Positions 9,395-19,253 of a DNA stretch of 64,000 nucleotides are shown in pieces. Source of the stretch: Theionarchaea archaeon (GTDB lineage: Archaea; Methanobacteriota_B; Thermococci; Methanofastidiosales; SZ-28-30); assembly GCA_018992685.1 (NCBI GenBank), contig JACVGT010000019.1:32001-96000 (forward strand). The letters run 5' to 3'. A program made the translations under genes and the position numbers. The notes beneath the pieces are model-generated. The model had not been told where the DNA came from. It saw only the letters and a program-made list of their open reading frames with translations, and ran no database searches. Positions within the stretch are counted from its first letter, which is position 1, and each line of letters opens with the position of its first letter.

Positions 9395-11314
9395 CTAGTC
9401 TTTCTTCTTTACCATGTACCCAATGGCAAGTCCGACTATCAGGGCAACTATTCCAATTACAATCAGTGTCGTGGTGGACGTACCACCAGCTCCAGCTTCT
9501 CCGCCTTCTACCGTTACCTGTTTCTCAATGATGTAGTAGCGGTATCCTGCCGTGTCCATCAATTCTCGTGCCTTGGCCAGGTCATACGGGTCTGGTGCAA
9601 TGTTGGTGTTGAAGGCCCATGAGGGAACAGCAACAGGGTTCCGTCCGGGTACACCGTAGCCACCCAACAGGTTGTCCACAATTCCCTGTCTGTCAATACA
9701 GGAGGAAATGGCCTGTCTCACGTACTTGTTGGCCAGGTATGGGTTGCGGCAGTTGAAGTGCAGGTGCTGGTAGCCGAACTGCTCTGAAGTCCACAACTTG
9801 ATGCCGGGAGTAGCTTCGAGATCCTCACCAATGGCTGTCAAGTTGTAGTAGGTGTCCATCATGTCGATTTCGCCAGTTTCCAGGGCAACACGGGCTGCCT
9901 CTCTCTCGGGTATCAATTTCAGCACAAAGAAGTCGCATCCTGCTTCTGGGAGACCATACTTTGAACCCCAGTAGTTGGGATTCTTCTTCAACTTCCAGTA
10001 CTGGTCAGCTTCCCACGAGTCAAAGATGAAGGGTCCAGAACCAATGACGGTTTCTCCCCTGTTGACGTCAGACTCCATCCACTTGGTAGCAGCTTCTGCT
10101 CCTGTTATAGGAATATCACCATAGAGGTGCTTGGGCAGAATGTTGGTGTCACAGTATCTGAGCCAGGCAGCGTGGGGCATTCCGACATACACTCTCAGTG
10201 TGTACTTGTCAACGATTTCTGATCCACCATAGACATCTCTGAATGTTCCATATCCCTGGAAGGCAGTATCTGGGCTGACACAGGCATCAAAGGACCACTT
10301 GATATCTTCGCTTGTCATTTCCACACCATCGTGGAACATGATGCCTTCTCTGATCTTAATGTCGAAGTATTCTGGGAAGACTACAGGTTCAGCGAGCTTG
10401 GAACTGACATTACACTTGTTGACATCAGGGGCCATAGCCTCAATTGAAGCATCGTCCAGCATGCTGGGGGCAAACACAATAGTAGGTCCTTCTGTTGTAG
10501 AATCTGCCAGCAAGGGTGACATGTTCAGGTTATCGTCGTTCTGCCACAGTGTCTGGAAAATCTGCTGGTTGCAGTAGTATCCATACACTGAGTTCCATCT
10601 CCAGACCAGCATTCCCTCAACAGCTGCAGGTGTACCATAGACAATGGTGTCTTTTCCAGGAATTGACCAGGACGCAGCATCATAGTTCTGTGTCCACAGC
10701 AATCCACTGAATCCTTCAAAGGTGTCTATTGAGGCCCACATGTTGAGTGGGATGTACACCACACAGTACGGCTGTTCATCTGCAACAATCTCCTGGAATC
10801 TCCACAGGTATTCCTTTCTCTTTGCCTGATCAATTTCGACTCGTGCTTTAGCCAGCATCTCGTCAGCTTCCGGGCAGTACCAGAATGTCACGTTGTTACC
10901 TATGGGGGTCATTGCAGAAGAGTGGAATATGTCAAAGGGATCAGGGTCTACGCCCACTGACCAGCCGAACGAAGAAATGTCGAATCCATCTTCAGAATAG
11001 GATTTTCCGTAGTAGTTGTTGAACTCCCTGTTGATCAGGTCTCCGAACTCCAGCAACTTGAAGTCAGCCTGAATGCCGATCTTGGGCATCTCAAGGTTGA
11101 CAGCCTGGGTGTACTGCTCTCTGACCTTGTTCCCGATAGGAGCAATCTGCGTAATCGAAAAGAACGGTGGGTACTTGGAATAATCCTCAGTAAAGGGAAC
11201 CTTCGTGATCTCCTGTTCCTGAGCAATCGCAGTAGTTCCGAATAAAGAAAGTACCAAAGAAGTCAAGAGAACAATCGACAGCACCATTGAGACTTTTCTT
11301 GTTTTTACATTCAT
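9395..11314 (-). CDS. Family-5 solute-binding protein SBP1, circularly permuted, plain C-terminal TM anchor; first gene of the ABC operon
   Basis: Start MNVKTRK after AAAGGAGG; motif IREGIMFHDGVEMTSEDI lies mid-protein; tail TTTLIVIGIVALIVGLAIGYMVKKKD has no Cys. Confidence 0.92.
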   Translation of the reverse strand: MNVKTRKVSMVLSIVLLTSLVLSLFGTTAIAQEQEITKVPFTEDYSKYPPFFSITQIAPIGNKVREQYTQAVNLEMPKIGIQADFKLLEFGDLINREFNNYYGKSYSEDGFDISSFGWSVGVDPDPFDIFHSSAMTPIGNNVTFWYCPEADEMLAKARVEIDQAKRKEYLWRFQEIVADEQPYCVVYIPLNMWASIDTFEGFSGLLWTQNYDAASWSIPGKDTIVYGTPAAVEGMLVWRWNSVYGYYCNQQIFQTLWQNDDNLNMSPLLADSTTEGPTIVFAPSMLDDASIEAMAPDVNKCNVSSKLAEPVVFPEYFDIKIREGIMFHDGVEMTSEDIKWSFDACVSPDTAFQGYGTFRDVYGGSEIVDKYTLRVYVGMPHAAWLRYCDTNILPKHLYGDIPITGAEAATKWMESDVNRGETVIGSGPFIFDSWEADQYWKLKKNPNYWGSKYGLPEAGCDFFVLKLIPEREAARVALETGEIDMMDTYYNLTAIGEDLEATPGIKLWTSEQFGYQHLHFNCRNPYLANKYVRQAISSCIDRQGIVDNLLGGYGVPGRNPVAVPSWAFNTNIAPDPYDLAKARELMDTAGYRYYIIEKQVTVEGGEAGAGGTSTTTLIVIGIVALIVGLAIGYMVKKKD

Positions 11315-11363
11315 ATCTTTTCTACCTCCTTTGATCGGTATTGTATCCACGTACAGGGAAAGG

Positions 11364-11379
11364 CTTATAAACCTTTCGG
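11364..11379 (-). promoter_or_regulatory. BRE/TATA promoter of the SBP1 operon
   Basis: Minus strand CCGAAAGG TTTATAAG; implies a 5'UTR of about 30 nt. Confidence 0.75.
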
Positions 11380-11464
11380 TTTCAGTAGTATATACTATCT
11401 TAAGTCGTAGCTAAAGCCAATAGTAGCATGCTACATTATATAATAGCTATTACCTTAAATAGTA
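11374..11464. promoter_or_regulatory. Array of operator-like inverted repeats upstream of and abutting the SBP1 BRE
   Basis: TACTAT-cttaa-GTCGTA (11393-11409), TGCTAC-attat-ATAATA (11429-11445), TATTAC-cttaa-ATAGTA (11448-11464), half-site GTAGTA (11385-11390). Confidence 0.65.
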
Positions 11465-11563
11465 AATTGAAGATTCTGGATTGGCTGCTTTTTACCTGGG
11501 CGGGCCGAACTCGGGCTTTTGCAGATAATCAAAAAAGAAACGCCGAAAAAATGAGAAACAAAG

Positions 11564-11752
11564 TCAGAATACGATGACAACTCCCATTTTCTCCAACAAG
11601 AAATATATACAGATCAGAAAGATAACAATCAGCCCCAAAATGAACAGCAGGGTGACTTTCTCTTTCGAATTCTTGTAATCTCTAGCGAAAATACCAATCA
11701 GTAGCACATCGCACACAATCGCTACCAGGAGTAGCAAAGCCTGTACATTCAT
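11564..11752 (-). CDS. Small two-TM hypothetical protein
   Basis: AGGAGG RBS, two hydrophobic helices, T-rich stretch after the stop. Confidence 0.7.
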   Translation of the reverse strand: MNVQALLLLVAIVCDVLLIGIFARDYKNSKEKVTLLFILGLIVIFLICIYFLLEKMGVVIVF

Positions 11753-11883
11753 CTAATTCCTCCTTTTCTAATCAGCATTTCGTAAGTTTTCAGATGTGGT
11801 GGTGTGTCCTCGTCACGTCGACATAAATACTTTTGGATAGGGTTCCTGTGTTACATAATCAAATCGTACTAATACATCATTTA

Positions 11884-11913
11884 CAGCATAGTAGGAATTT
11901 TCTTACTATGCTG
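11884..11913. repeat. 13-bp inverted repeat
   Basis: CAGCATAGTAGGA-attt-TCTTACTATGCTG, one G-T pair. Confidence 0.7.
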
Positions 11914-11990
11914 CAACTTCTATCTTGAAGAAATGATTATCATAAGAGGATTTCGTATGCTTTTCTTTCACTGCACTGCGTGTGCAATCA

Positions 11991-12073
11991 TCCATTGTCA
12001 AGCATAATTCTCCCTTTCTTACCAGCATCTTGTTATGTTCTTTCCAATTTCTGGTCATAAAACCATCTGGTTT
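11991..12073 (-). mobile_element. IS5-family (IS903-like) transposase 5' remnant, copy 1
   Basis: 80/83 nt identical to 13655-13737; encodes MTRNWKEHNKMLVRKGELCLTMD, then homology stops. Confidence 0.75.
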
Positions 12074-12197
12074 TCTACAGTGACAATTCCTGGATGGACC
12101 ATCTCACAGAACAGGAAGAAGACTTTCCATTTGCGAGGAATTCAAGAAATTCTCTGGAAAAGCAAATCTTACTCTCCCTGTAGGACATCTCTCAGAG

Positions 12198-13133
12198 TCA
12201 GTACTGCCTTTCCAGTCTCATTATCTGTACAAAGTGCACGGCTACTAAAGTCAGTAGAGAAAGAACAAACACGATGAAAGTGTCAGAAATGATGTCATGT
12301 ATGTGGACAAAATTTGTGTCAATGCCTGTGTAGAGAATTTCGCCCGAGAAACTCGCTCTATCCAGTACGTGGAGGGTATCATTGAGGGCATACACGACTT
12401 CAGCGTCCATGATTGCTCCTGCAAAATCCTTCTGACTCTTGCGCACCTGGTAGTTATGATACGCTGTCTCCGCCATGAATATGTAGGACTCCGACAGGAC
12501 TTCACTATACGTATTTCTCAATGCGGCTTTCTCTGCATGATCTATAGTATTCTGGTAGCACTTGTCAAGAGGCAGTTCCTCCATAGTTTCAATAGAGGAG
12601 AACAATTCATTCAAGAATGCTTCATAGTGATCTGATTTCACAAAGTCGTCCCAGGAACTGGAATTTTCGCCACCATAATATTTCTGCAGTATTCTGCAGT
12701 ATTCTCCAGCATGACCTGAAATTCCTATTGCGTCAGGACCACAGGCCCACTTGTCACACACACGAAAATAGGCACCCAGAATCTTTGACTTGACCTCCAA
12801 TAGTGTACACTCACGAGCCTGCGTTCGGATTGTTCCACTGAAGAGTTTTTCTTCACTTTGAAGGTATTCGTGAAAATCCAGAAGATAGATGGAGTAGAGG
12901 GCACTTGTCTCTTTCTGGAAGTAATCAGAGAGCTCTTCTGGGTCATTTTTGTCAAGGGCTTCCCAATCTCTCTCTAGAATGTCTGAATTTTCTCTGACTA
13001 TCTCTTTCAGGTCAGATATGTTTTCTTCAATCTGTCCTTCGAATTGTTTCTGTCTATAGTAAGAGGTAGCCACCAGCCCTACAAGAAAAAGAACAATCCA
13101 AAGATAAATCAGCTCTTTTCGATTTTCTTTCAT
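12198..13133 (-). CDS. Hypothetical membrane protein with N- and C-terminal TM helices
   Basis: Long ORF; start MKENRK after GGAGG; no family recognised. Confidence 0.75.
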   Translation of the reverse strand: MKENRKELIYLWIVLFLVGLVATSYYRQKQFEGQIEENISDLKEIVRENSDILERDWEALDKNDPEELSDYFQKETSALYSIYLLDFHEYLQSEEKLFSGTIRTQARECTLLEVKSKILGAYFRVCDKWACGPDAIGISGHAGEYCRILQKYYGGENSSSWDDFVKSDHYEAFLNELFSSIETMEELPLDKCYQNTIDHAEKAALRNTYSEVLSESYIFMAETAYHNYQVRKSQKDFAGAIMDAEVVYALNDTLHVLDRASFSGEILYTGIDTNFVHIHDIISDTFIVFVLSLLTLVAVHFVQIMRLERQY

Positions 13134-13134
13134 A

Positions 13135-13509
13135 TTAGAACGTCTTCCTCCATGCATCTTTAAATATGCCACGTATCAACGACTCTATGACTTCAGTACA
13201 CATGTCTTTCCATGCATCATTTCTGATGAAACTTTTGGTAATAGTCAAATAAGTCCGGTTCTCTTTTTGTGAAAGATAATCGCTTAGAGCATATCCCATA
13301 AGATATCCATTCCCCCAGTCTTTGGCCTCATCATCAGACATTTCAAGACTCCGTGTGAAGTTATAAGCCTCCTTATAGTCACGTAGTCGCGGTGTTTGCG
13401 AACCAAATGCTCCTAAAGTAACTGATGCTGGTTGGCTAAAATCAAAAAGAAATCCTACAGCAGAGACAGTCTGCTGAGGTAAGTCCCTCTGTATACTGCG
13501 ACAACTTTC
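13135..13509 (-). pseudogene. 3' remnant of a gene truncated at the IS remnant
   Basis: Frame stays open upstream of the ORF-track start (IQRDLPQQTVSAVGFLFDF...) up to the transposase-fragment stop; its own stop abuts the next ATG. Confidence 0.5.
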
Positions 13510-13737
13510 TCAAAGTGCCTTTAACTGTCTATAGGACACGCTGAACACTGTCTTCGTCAGGGCAGTATATGCTATGAATTGAGGAAATGCAAAAGGGCTA
13601 CCTCGCTTGTTCACATTCATCTGCTGAAGTTCTTCATTCCAATATTCAATGAAATCCATTGTCAAGCATAATTCTCCCCTTCTTACCAGCATCTTGTTAT
13701 ATTCTTTCCAATTTCTGGCCATAAAACCATCTGGTTT
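13510..13737 (-). mobile_element. IS5-family (IS903-like) transposase N-terminal fragment, copy 2
   Basis: MARNWKEYNKMLVRRGE...KRGSPFAF...SYRQL is the typical N-terminus; DDE core absent. Confidence 0.8.
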
Positions 13738-13759
13738 CCCTATAGTATCCTTCTATTGG

Positions 13760-13785
13760 TTTATGCGTCAAACAAGGTATTTGAA
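13760..13785. repeat. 26-bp dispersed repeat, copy 1
   Basis: tttatgcgtcaaacaaggtatttgaa; 24/26 identical to 14746-14771. Confidence 0.65.
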
Positions 13786-13902
13786 GGCTAAATTGTACAA
13801 CACAGCAGATAGGGTTGAACAGCTAGAGTATGACCATCAGATTGGGGTAATCTTTATAAGGTATTGATAACCAACTCCCATGGTGATCTCATAAAACAGA
13901 TT

Positions 13903-14322
13903 ATGGCTCTACTGTGTTGCTTTCTGGTACTCGGCTGTACCATTGGTGTGAACCTTGATACACCTGAAAACACAGTGAACACATGGGTTCGATCGTACAA
14001 CGATCGGGATGTTGAGGGTATATATATAACACTGTCAAGAGCATACATCATGGCCAATGGCGGCGAGGAACGAGTGAAATCGATCATCGGGACCATGCTG
14101 GAAGAGGCTGAGGAATCAGAAATTTCGTTTACTGTGAAGGGGATTGGATTGCTTGCTTTGTCGACGGAACAGCCGGGATTGTCATCAGGCAGAACCATAT
14201 ATCTCGCGAGAATGGACAGGAAGTTTACAGAGGAAGGGGAGAAAAGAGTCGAAGAAGTCTTCTGGAATTTCGCTGTAGTAAAAGAAGACGACAAGTACAA
14301 GATCGAAGATTTCTGGGACTGA
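13903..14322 (+). CDS. Putative lipoprotein, possibly NTF2-like fold
   Basis: Lipobox-like FLVLGC; TPENTVNTWVRSYND and VVKEDDKYKI patterns; start codon uncertain. Confidence 0.65.
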   Translation: MALLCCFLVLGCTIGVNLDTPENTVNTWVRSYNDRDVEGIYITLSRAYIMANGGEERVKSIIGTMLEEAEESEISFTVKGIGLLALSTEQPGLSSGRTIYLARMDRKFTEEGEKRVEEVFWNFAVVKEDDKYKIEDFWD

Positions 14323-14745
14323 AAAGAGACGGATTTCTTATTCTTTTTGCACTTTCTTTCGCTGCCGTTATACGTCTCTACGCTTTCCACACATGGCCCA
14401 TATAGCATTTTAGGCAAGGCTGGTGCAGGAATGGTAAGCACGCATTAGGATTGCTATGCAGGTTCTGGAACAGGAGGTGCCTCGTGGTGTTCACAGACAG
14501 AACGCACTCCTTGTGCTTCTAACAAGACTACCAGAATCCACAGAGAGTCATATTTCGCGTGAAGGAATGAAAATGTGAATTTGAACCCTCAGTTACCAGT
14601 ACTCTCTTTCTCAGGTTCTCTAACCTCATTGTTGAGTCAAATTCCCTAACAGCTTGCTTCTCCCGTTTGACGTCCTCTCACCACGGTGCCTTTCAGATTT
14701 CTGGTCACACTAGTCTGGGTTCTCCGTGTCTAATTTCCCGACCAT

Positions 14746-14771
14746 TTTATGCTTCAAATAAGGTATTTGAA
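14746..14771. repeat. 26-bp dispersed repeat, copy 2, containing a perfect palindrome
   Basis: TTCAAATA-agg-TATTTGAA at 14753-14771. Confidence 0.65.
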
Positions 14772-14807
14772 TGAAAAATCGCGTAGTACACCACCAGAGC
14801 ACAAACC

Positions 14808-14834
14808 TTTAAAAGCTTACGACAACAGGTAGTA
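14808..14834 (+). promoter_or_regulatory. TATA box plus putative autoregulatory operator of the blaI-like gene
   Basis: TTTAAAAG at 14808-14815; TACGAC-aacag-GTAGTA at 14818-14834; ATG at 14838 (leaderless spacing). Confidence 0.7.
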
Positions 14835-14837
14835 GTA

Positions 14838-15224
14838 ATGAATATCAAAAGACTTGGTCCTCTAGAACGAACAATAATGGAAGTCTTCTGGGAGAAGAAA
14901 AAAGCTGATGCACGGGAGGTCTATTCAGAACTCAACAGAGAAAAACAAATCGCCTACACCACCATCAATACTACTCTCACCCGTCTTCACAAGAAGAAAT
15001 TGCTCAACAGAAAGCTGGTGAAGGGAAGAGGAGGATACCGTTATGTGTACACCATTGCCAAGTCAAAACCAAAATACATTGATCAGGTCATACGCTCTAC
15101 CATAGATGATCTCCTGATGCGGTTCGGAAATCGAACCATAAGTTACTTCTCAGAAAGTCTCAACCTGAATGAAGAGGATGTGGAGAAGCTAAGAGTTCGT
15201 CTGAAGGAGTTGTCTCATGAATGA
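14838..15224 (+). CDS. BlaI/MecI/CopY-family transcriptional repressor
   Basis: LGPLERTIMEVFW...AYTTINTTLTRLHKKKLL...YVY winged-HTH signature; overlaps the M56 gene. Confidence 0.9.
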   Translation: MNIKRLGPLERTIMEVFWEKKKADAREVYSELNREKQIAYTTINTTLTRLHKKKLLNRKLVKGRGGYRYVYTIAKSKPKYIDQVIRSTIDDLLMRFGNRTISYFSESLNLNEEDVEKLRVRLKELSHE

Positions 15225-16554
15225 GTGGCAGAATTTTGCGCTTGCGATTGTATTGATTGTGGTGGTACAATTCACCAACGAGGGCATCATTGCGCTACTG
15301 AAAGTGAGGAATGCCACCACTCGATTCCGTATTAGGCTCATTTCTCTTGTCTCCTGTTTTTTCGTGTTTTTGATTGTTCCGTTCAAGATCGTGGAACTCA
15401 CCATCCTGTCGGGAGAGATTTTTGTCGGCAGCAGTGAATCTTCCCAGATTGATGGCTGGGTGGCCAGATCTGCCACAATGACGTCGACCTATTCTGGGTT
15501 TGCACGGGCCAGCGTTGTTCTCCTCTTGATAGCTGTGTGCTGCTTTGTTGTCATGGTTCTGTTCGGCAAGCACATAACTGGTAGAGTATTTGGATGTGAG
15601 CCAGCAACAGATTCGAGGCTTCTGACCATTGTGAATCAAGTCTCCTCTGAACTGGGACTGTCCATCAAGCAGGTGATGGTGTGCAGAAAGAAATGTGACG
15701 CCTTTGTATATGGATACCCTCCTTTCCTAGCAGTGGGAAGAGACCTCCTCACTATGCTGGATGACAGTGAGCTCCGGATAGTCATCAGGCATGAATTGTA
15801 CCATGTCAAAGGTAAGGACACACTCCTGAAGCCATTTCTTGCCGCTCTGTGCATTGTCTTCTTATACAACCCCATGAGCTGGTTCCTGTATAGAAAAGTG
15901 TTTAATGACAGGGAGTGCTGCGCTGATCAGGCTTCTATCACCTGTTCTCAGGACACCAGGACATTTCTTTCCCTGCTGCTGAAATTCCACAGCCTTGCAA
16001 GTGGCATGCCGCACACGTTTGCTGTTCACTGGACGGGAGCCACTAACAGAATTGACTCACTCCTCTTTGCAGAAAAGACCCGGAAGATCCCTGTCTTCTT
16101 GTGTTTGTTCTTTACGGTCTCATCGCTTTTTGTGGGAGGTACTCAGCTCTTTGAGAACCAATTTGTGGAAATCAACAGCTCTATTCCGTTTGATTCAGAA
16201 ACATATGGTCCGGAAGCTGATTTCTCAGACTATTTCTATGATATTCCTGTAGCAGAATGGTACAACAGAAAACGATCGGAAAATGAAGTGAGTATCCCAC
16301 TACAGGAAAGAGACCTCAGAAAACTCCTGTCTGCAGACGAACTTGCCAAGGGAGAAATCACCATAAGAATGGCCACGCTTCCCTTGGGAAGGAGACCTCA
16401 GTTGTTTGGCAGAAACGATATTGTGGATGGCAACTGTAACCTCATCATTGAAATAGAAGAGGGCAAACTATTCGTTTCCATAAGACAGAACAATGGACCT
16501 GGAACGTCCCAGAAGGAAGCCGTTCTCAGTGGAGGACCTGCCACAGCAATGTAG
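15217..16554 (+). CDS. M56-family (BlaR1/MecR1-like) membrane metallopeptidase with an unrecognised C-terminal domain
   Basis: TM helices, HELYH, NPMSW, RECCAD; no penicillin-binding domain recognised. Confidence 0.85.
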   Translation: MNEWQNFALAIVLIVVVQFTNEGIIALLKVRNATTRFRIRLISLVSCFFVFLIVPFKIVELTILSGEIFVGSSESSQIDGWVARSATMTSTYSGFARASVVLLLIAVCCFVVMVLFGKHITGRVFGCEPATDSRLLTIVNQVSSELGLSIKQVMVCRKKCDAFVYGYPPFLAVGRDLLTMLDDSELRIVIRHELYHVKGKDTLLKPFLAALCIVFLYNPMSWFLYRKVFNDRECCADQASITCSQDTRTFLSLLLKFHSLASGMPHTFAVHWTGATNRIDSLLFAEKTRKIPVFLCLFFTVSSLFVGGTQLFENQFVEINSSIPFDSETYGPEADFSDYFYDIPVAEWYNRKRSENEVSIPLQERDLRKLLSADELAKGEITIRMATLPLGRRPQLFGRNDIVDGNCNLIIEIEEGKLFVSIRQNNGPGTSQKEAVLSGGPATAM

Positions 16555-16758
16555 GACTGTACTGAACGTGCAGGGAGAGTCACGGTATTCTAAAGGTATC
16601 CAGGGGTGTCTCGCACGCTCATGTGGCAATCCAGCACCTGGAATTTTCCTTGAATATATTGTTATATGTGTCCTCAGTCAGTCCCTGTGTGCCTAAGACC
16701 TGACGGTGGGACCTTCTCAATCAAAAAGCATTTATGTGGAATTATGTGAGAGACCACA

Positions 16759-18465
16759 ATGATCAGTGTTGAAGATCTCTCCTTTCAATACAGCACGGGT
16801 GAATCTCCGGTGCTAAGTAAAGTCACCCTGGTTGTTCCTCAGGGCGGCTACCTCGCGCTGGTTGGCCCTTCAGGTTCAGGAAAGAGTACTCTCTGTTTCA
16901 CCATGAATGGGATCATCCCCCATTCCATTACGGGTATTCTGTCGGGAAATGTTGTTGTTGACAGGTTGAATACGCGAGAACACCATGTGCACGAGCTTGC
17001 TGAAAAAGTGGGCATTGTTCTTCAGAATCCTGAATCCCAGCTCTTTGCCATGAGTGTGGAGGAAGAACTGGCTTTTGGTCCCGAGAATCTGGGTCTGCCC
17101 CGAGAAGAAATACTGGCCCGCATTGAGGACGTCCTAACCATTATTGGAATTGCAGACAGGGGGCGGTTTCCTTTCTCTCTATCGGGAGGAGAGAAACAGA
17201 AGCTTGCAATTGCTTCTATTCTGACCATGAACCCCTCTCACCTTGTGTTAGACGAACCAACCTCTCAACTGGATCCCCGGGGAAGAAAGAGTGTGTATGA
17301 TGTCCTGGACAAGCTTCACGCTGGCGGAATGTCCATCATACTCATTGAACATAATACAGAGCACATTGCAGAGCGTGCCCAGCAGGTGCTGGTGATAAAA
17401 GATGGCTCTGTCGTTGCCTCGGGATCGCCAAGAGATGTATTTTCTCAGGTGGAGACCATGAAAGCTCTGGGCATACAGGTTCCTGGGGTTGCTGAAGTCA
17501 CCTATGAGCTTCACAGGAGAGGCATCATACAAAGAATAGCTGTGACCCTCGAAGATGCGGTGTCACTGCTTGAAAATCTCAGACCCAAGGAATTCACTTC
17601 TCAGAGCCTGAAGACAGAATCAACCCTCACGAGAGTGGGGAGTTCTTCACCATCTTCACGTACGGAACCTGCTGTTGAGGTGAAGAATCTGTCCTTTCAG
17701 TACGGCGATGTCCCCGTCCTCAATAATGTTTCTCTCACTATTGGACACGGAGAGATTGTAGCAATCATTGGACAAAATGGATCTGGAAAGACAACGCTGG
17801 TCAAGCATTTCAATGGATTGCTGCGTCCGAAGGAAGGAGACATTTTCATCTTTGGAGAATCTGTTAAGGACAAGAGTGTTGCTCAATTAGCCCGGAAGGT
17901 AGGATATGTTTTTCAGAACCCAGATCATCAGATCTTTGCAGATAGTGTGTTCGAAGAAGTGGAATTCGGCCTCAAGAACCTTAGTGTCCCTCTGGAAGAG
18001 AGAGCAGAACGCGTGGCTGCGGTTCTGAAGCAGACTGACCTTTTCAGATATAAGGATACACACCCTACCAGCCTGTCGGGTGGGGAAAAACAGCGGCTGG
18101 TCATCGCGTCTGTCCTGGTAATGAACCCCCAGATTCTCGTCCTGGATGAACCAACGACTGGCCTGGATCTCAAGAGCTCTCGCTCAATAATCGACCTGGT
18201 CAGAGCCCTTCACCAGCAGCATCGCACTGTAATCCTGGTGACTCATGACATGAACCTGGTGGCAGAGATGGCACACCGTATACTCATTCTCAAAGACGGG
18301 ACCCTGGCTGCTGAAGGAAGCCCGCATCAGATCTTTTCAGATGAAGGCCTGCTCAGTGATAACTTCCTGGAAGCACCGCAGATCGCCAGACTCAGCAGTC
18401 GTCTGGGATATGGAACGTGTCTGAACATAGAAGAGTTTCTCCACAAACTGGAGGGTACCCTATGA
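16759..18465 (+). CDS. ECF transporter tandem ATPase (fused EcfA-A')
   Basis: Two Walker A motifs, QNPESQ and QNPDHQ, two LSGGEKQ. Confidence 0.93.
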   Translation: MISVEDLSFQYSTGESPVLSKVTLVVPQGGYLALVGPSGSGKSTLCFTMNGIIPHSITGILSGNVVVDRLNTREHHVHELAEKVGIVLQNPESQLFAMSVEEELAFGPENLGLPREEILARIEDVLTIIGIADRGRFPFSLSGGEKQKLAIASILTMNPSHLVLDEPTSQLDPRGRKSVYDVLDKLHAGGMSIILIEHNTEHIAERAQQVLVIKDGSVVASGSPRDVFSQVETMKALGIQVPGVAEVTYELHRRGIIQRIAVTLEDAVSLLENLRPKEFTSQSLKTESTLTRVGSSSPSSRTEPAVEVKNLSFQYGDVPVLNNVSLTIGHGEIVAIIGQNGSGKTTLVKHFNGLLRPKEGDIFIFGESVKDKSVAQLARKVGYVFQNPDHQIFADSVFEEVEFGLKNLSVPLEERAERVAAVLKQTDLFRYKDTHPTSLSGGEKQRLVIASVLVMNPQILVLDEPTTGLDLKSSRSIIDLVRALHQQHRTVILVTHDMNLVAEMAHRILILKDGTLAAEGSPHQIFSDEGLLSDNFLEAPQIARLSSRLGYGTCLNIEEFLHKLEGTL

Positions 18466-19253
18466 TTCAGCAGACCATGTTTATTCGAAAAGAATCCTTT
18501 CTTCACTCTTTGGATCCCAGAACAAAGCTATTCTTATCCATTGGCCTGTTTCTCGTGGGTGTCCTGTTCACTGATTACAGAGTGCTGATGGCCCTCTTTG
18601 CAGGCGAGGTTATCATTCTCAGAGTGGCAGCCAGAATTCCTTTTTCGAAGTTATTCCCGTACCTGAAACTGATTCTTCCTCTTGTGGTTATGGCACTGCT
18701 GATATGGCCCCTCTTCCAGAGAACGGGGACAGTTCTGGTATCCTACTGGAAGGTTATCATCACGAAGGAGGGAATCCAGATGGGAATTGCCATGTCCTTG
18801 AGACTGCTGTCTTTGATCGTGGCTACGTATTTGCTCCTCATGACCACCGAGCAGAGAGATCTGGTTCTTGCTCTCGTTAAATCCGGATTGCGGTATGATT
18901 TCGGGTTAATGTTGGCCATTGCTCTGAGCAAGGTTCCTGCTCTGGCAGGGATTGCCTTGACCATCATGGATGCGCAGAAGGCACGAGGGCTCGAACTCGA
19001 AAAGGGAAATATCGTTGAAAAAGTGAGAAAGTACATACCTATTCTGATTCCATTGATTATTTCAGCTATAAGGCTGGCTGAAGCGTTGTCCATTGCAATT
19101 GATTCTCGAGCATTTGGGAGAGGGAGGCGCACCTACCTGAGAGAGCTTCACTTCACGATGAAAGATGCGCTGGTCACTGGTATGGCTGTGGTGGTGATTT
19201 CAGTATGTATGGGAATGCGTGCTGCAGGATATGGTGTTATGGAATTGCCGTGA
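18462..19253 (+). CDS. ecfT: ECF transporter T component
   Basis: LHSLDPRTK, AQKARG, AIDSRAF; ATG overlaps the upstream stop. Confidence 0.92.
   Translation: MIQQTMFIRKESFLHSLDPRTKLFLSIGLFLVGVLFTDYRVLMALFAGEVIILRVAARIPFSKLFPYLKLILPLVVMALLIWPLFQRTGTVLVSYWKVIITKEGIQMGIAMSLRLLSLIVATYLLLMTTEQRDLVLALVKSGLRYDFGLMLAIALSKVPALAGIALTIMDAQKARGLELEKGNIVEKVRKYIPILIPLIISAIRLAEALSIAIDSRAFGRGRRTYLRELHFTMKDALVTGMAVVVISVCMGMRAAGYGVMELP

Noticed and set aside
15217-16554. Beta-lactam resistance locus
   Set aside because: No beta-lactamase or PBP gene and no penicillin-binding sensor domain; host is archaeal
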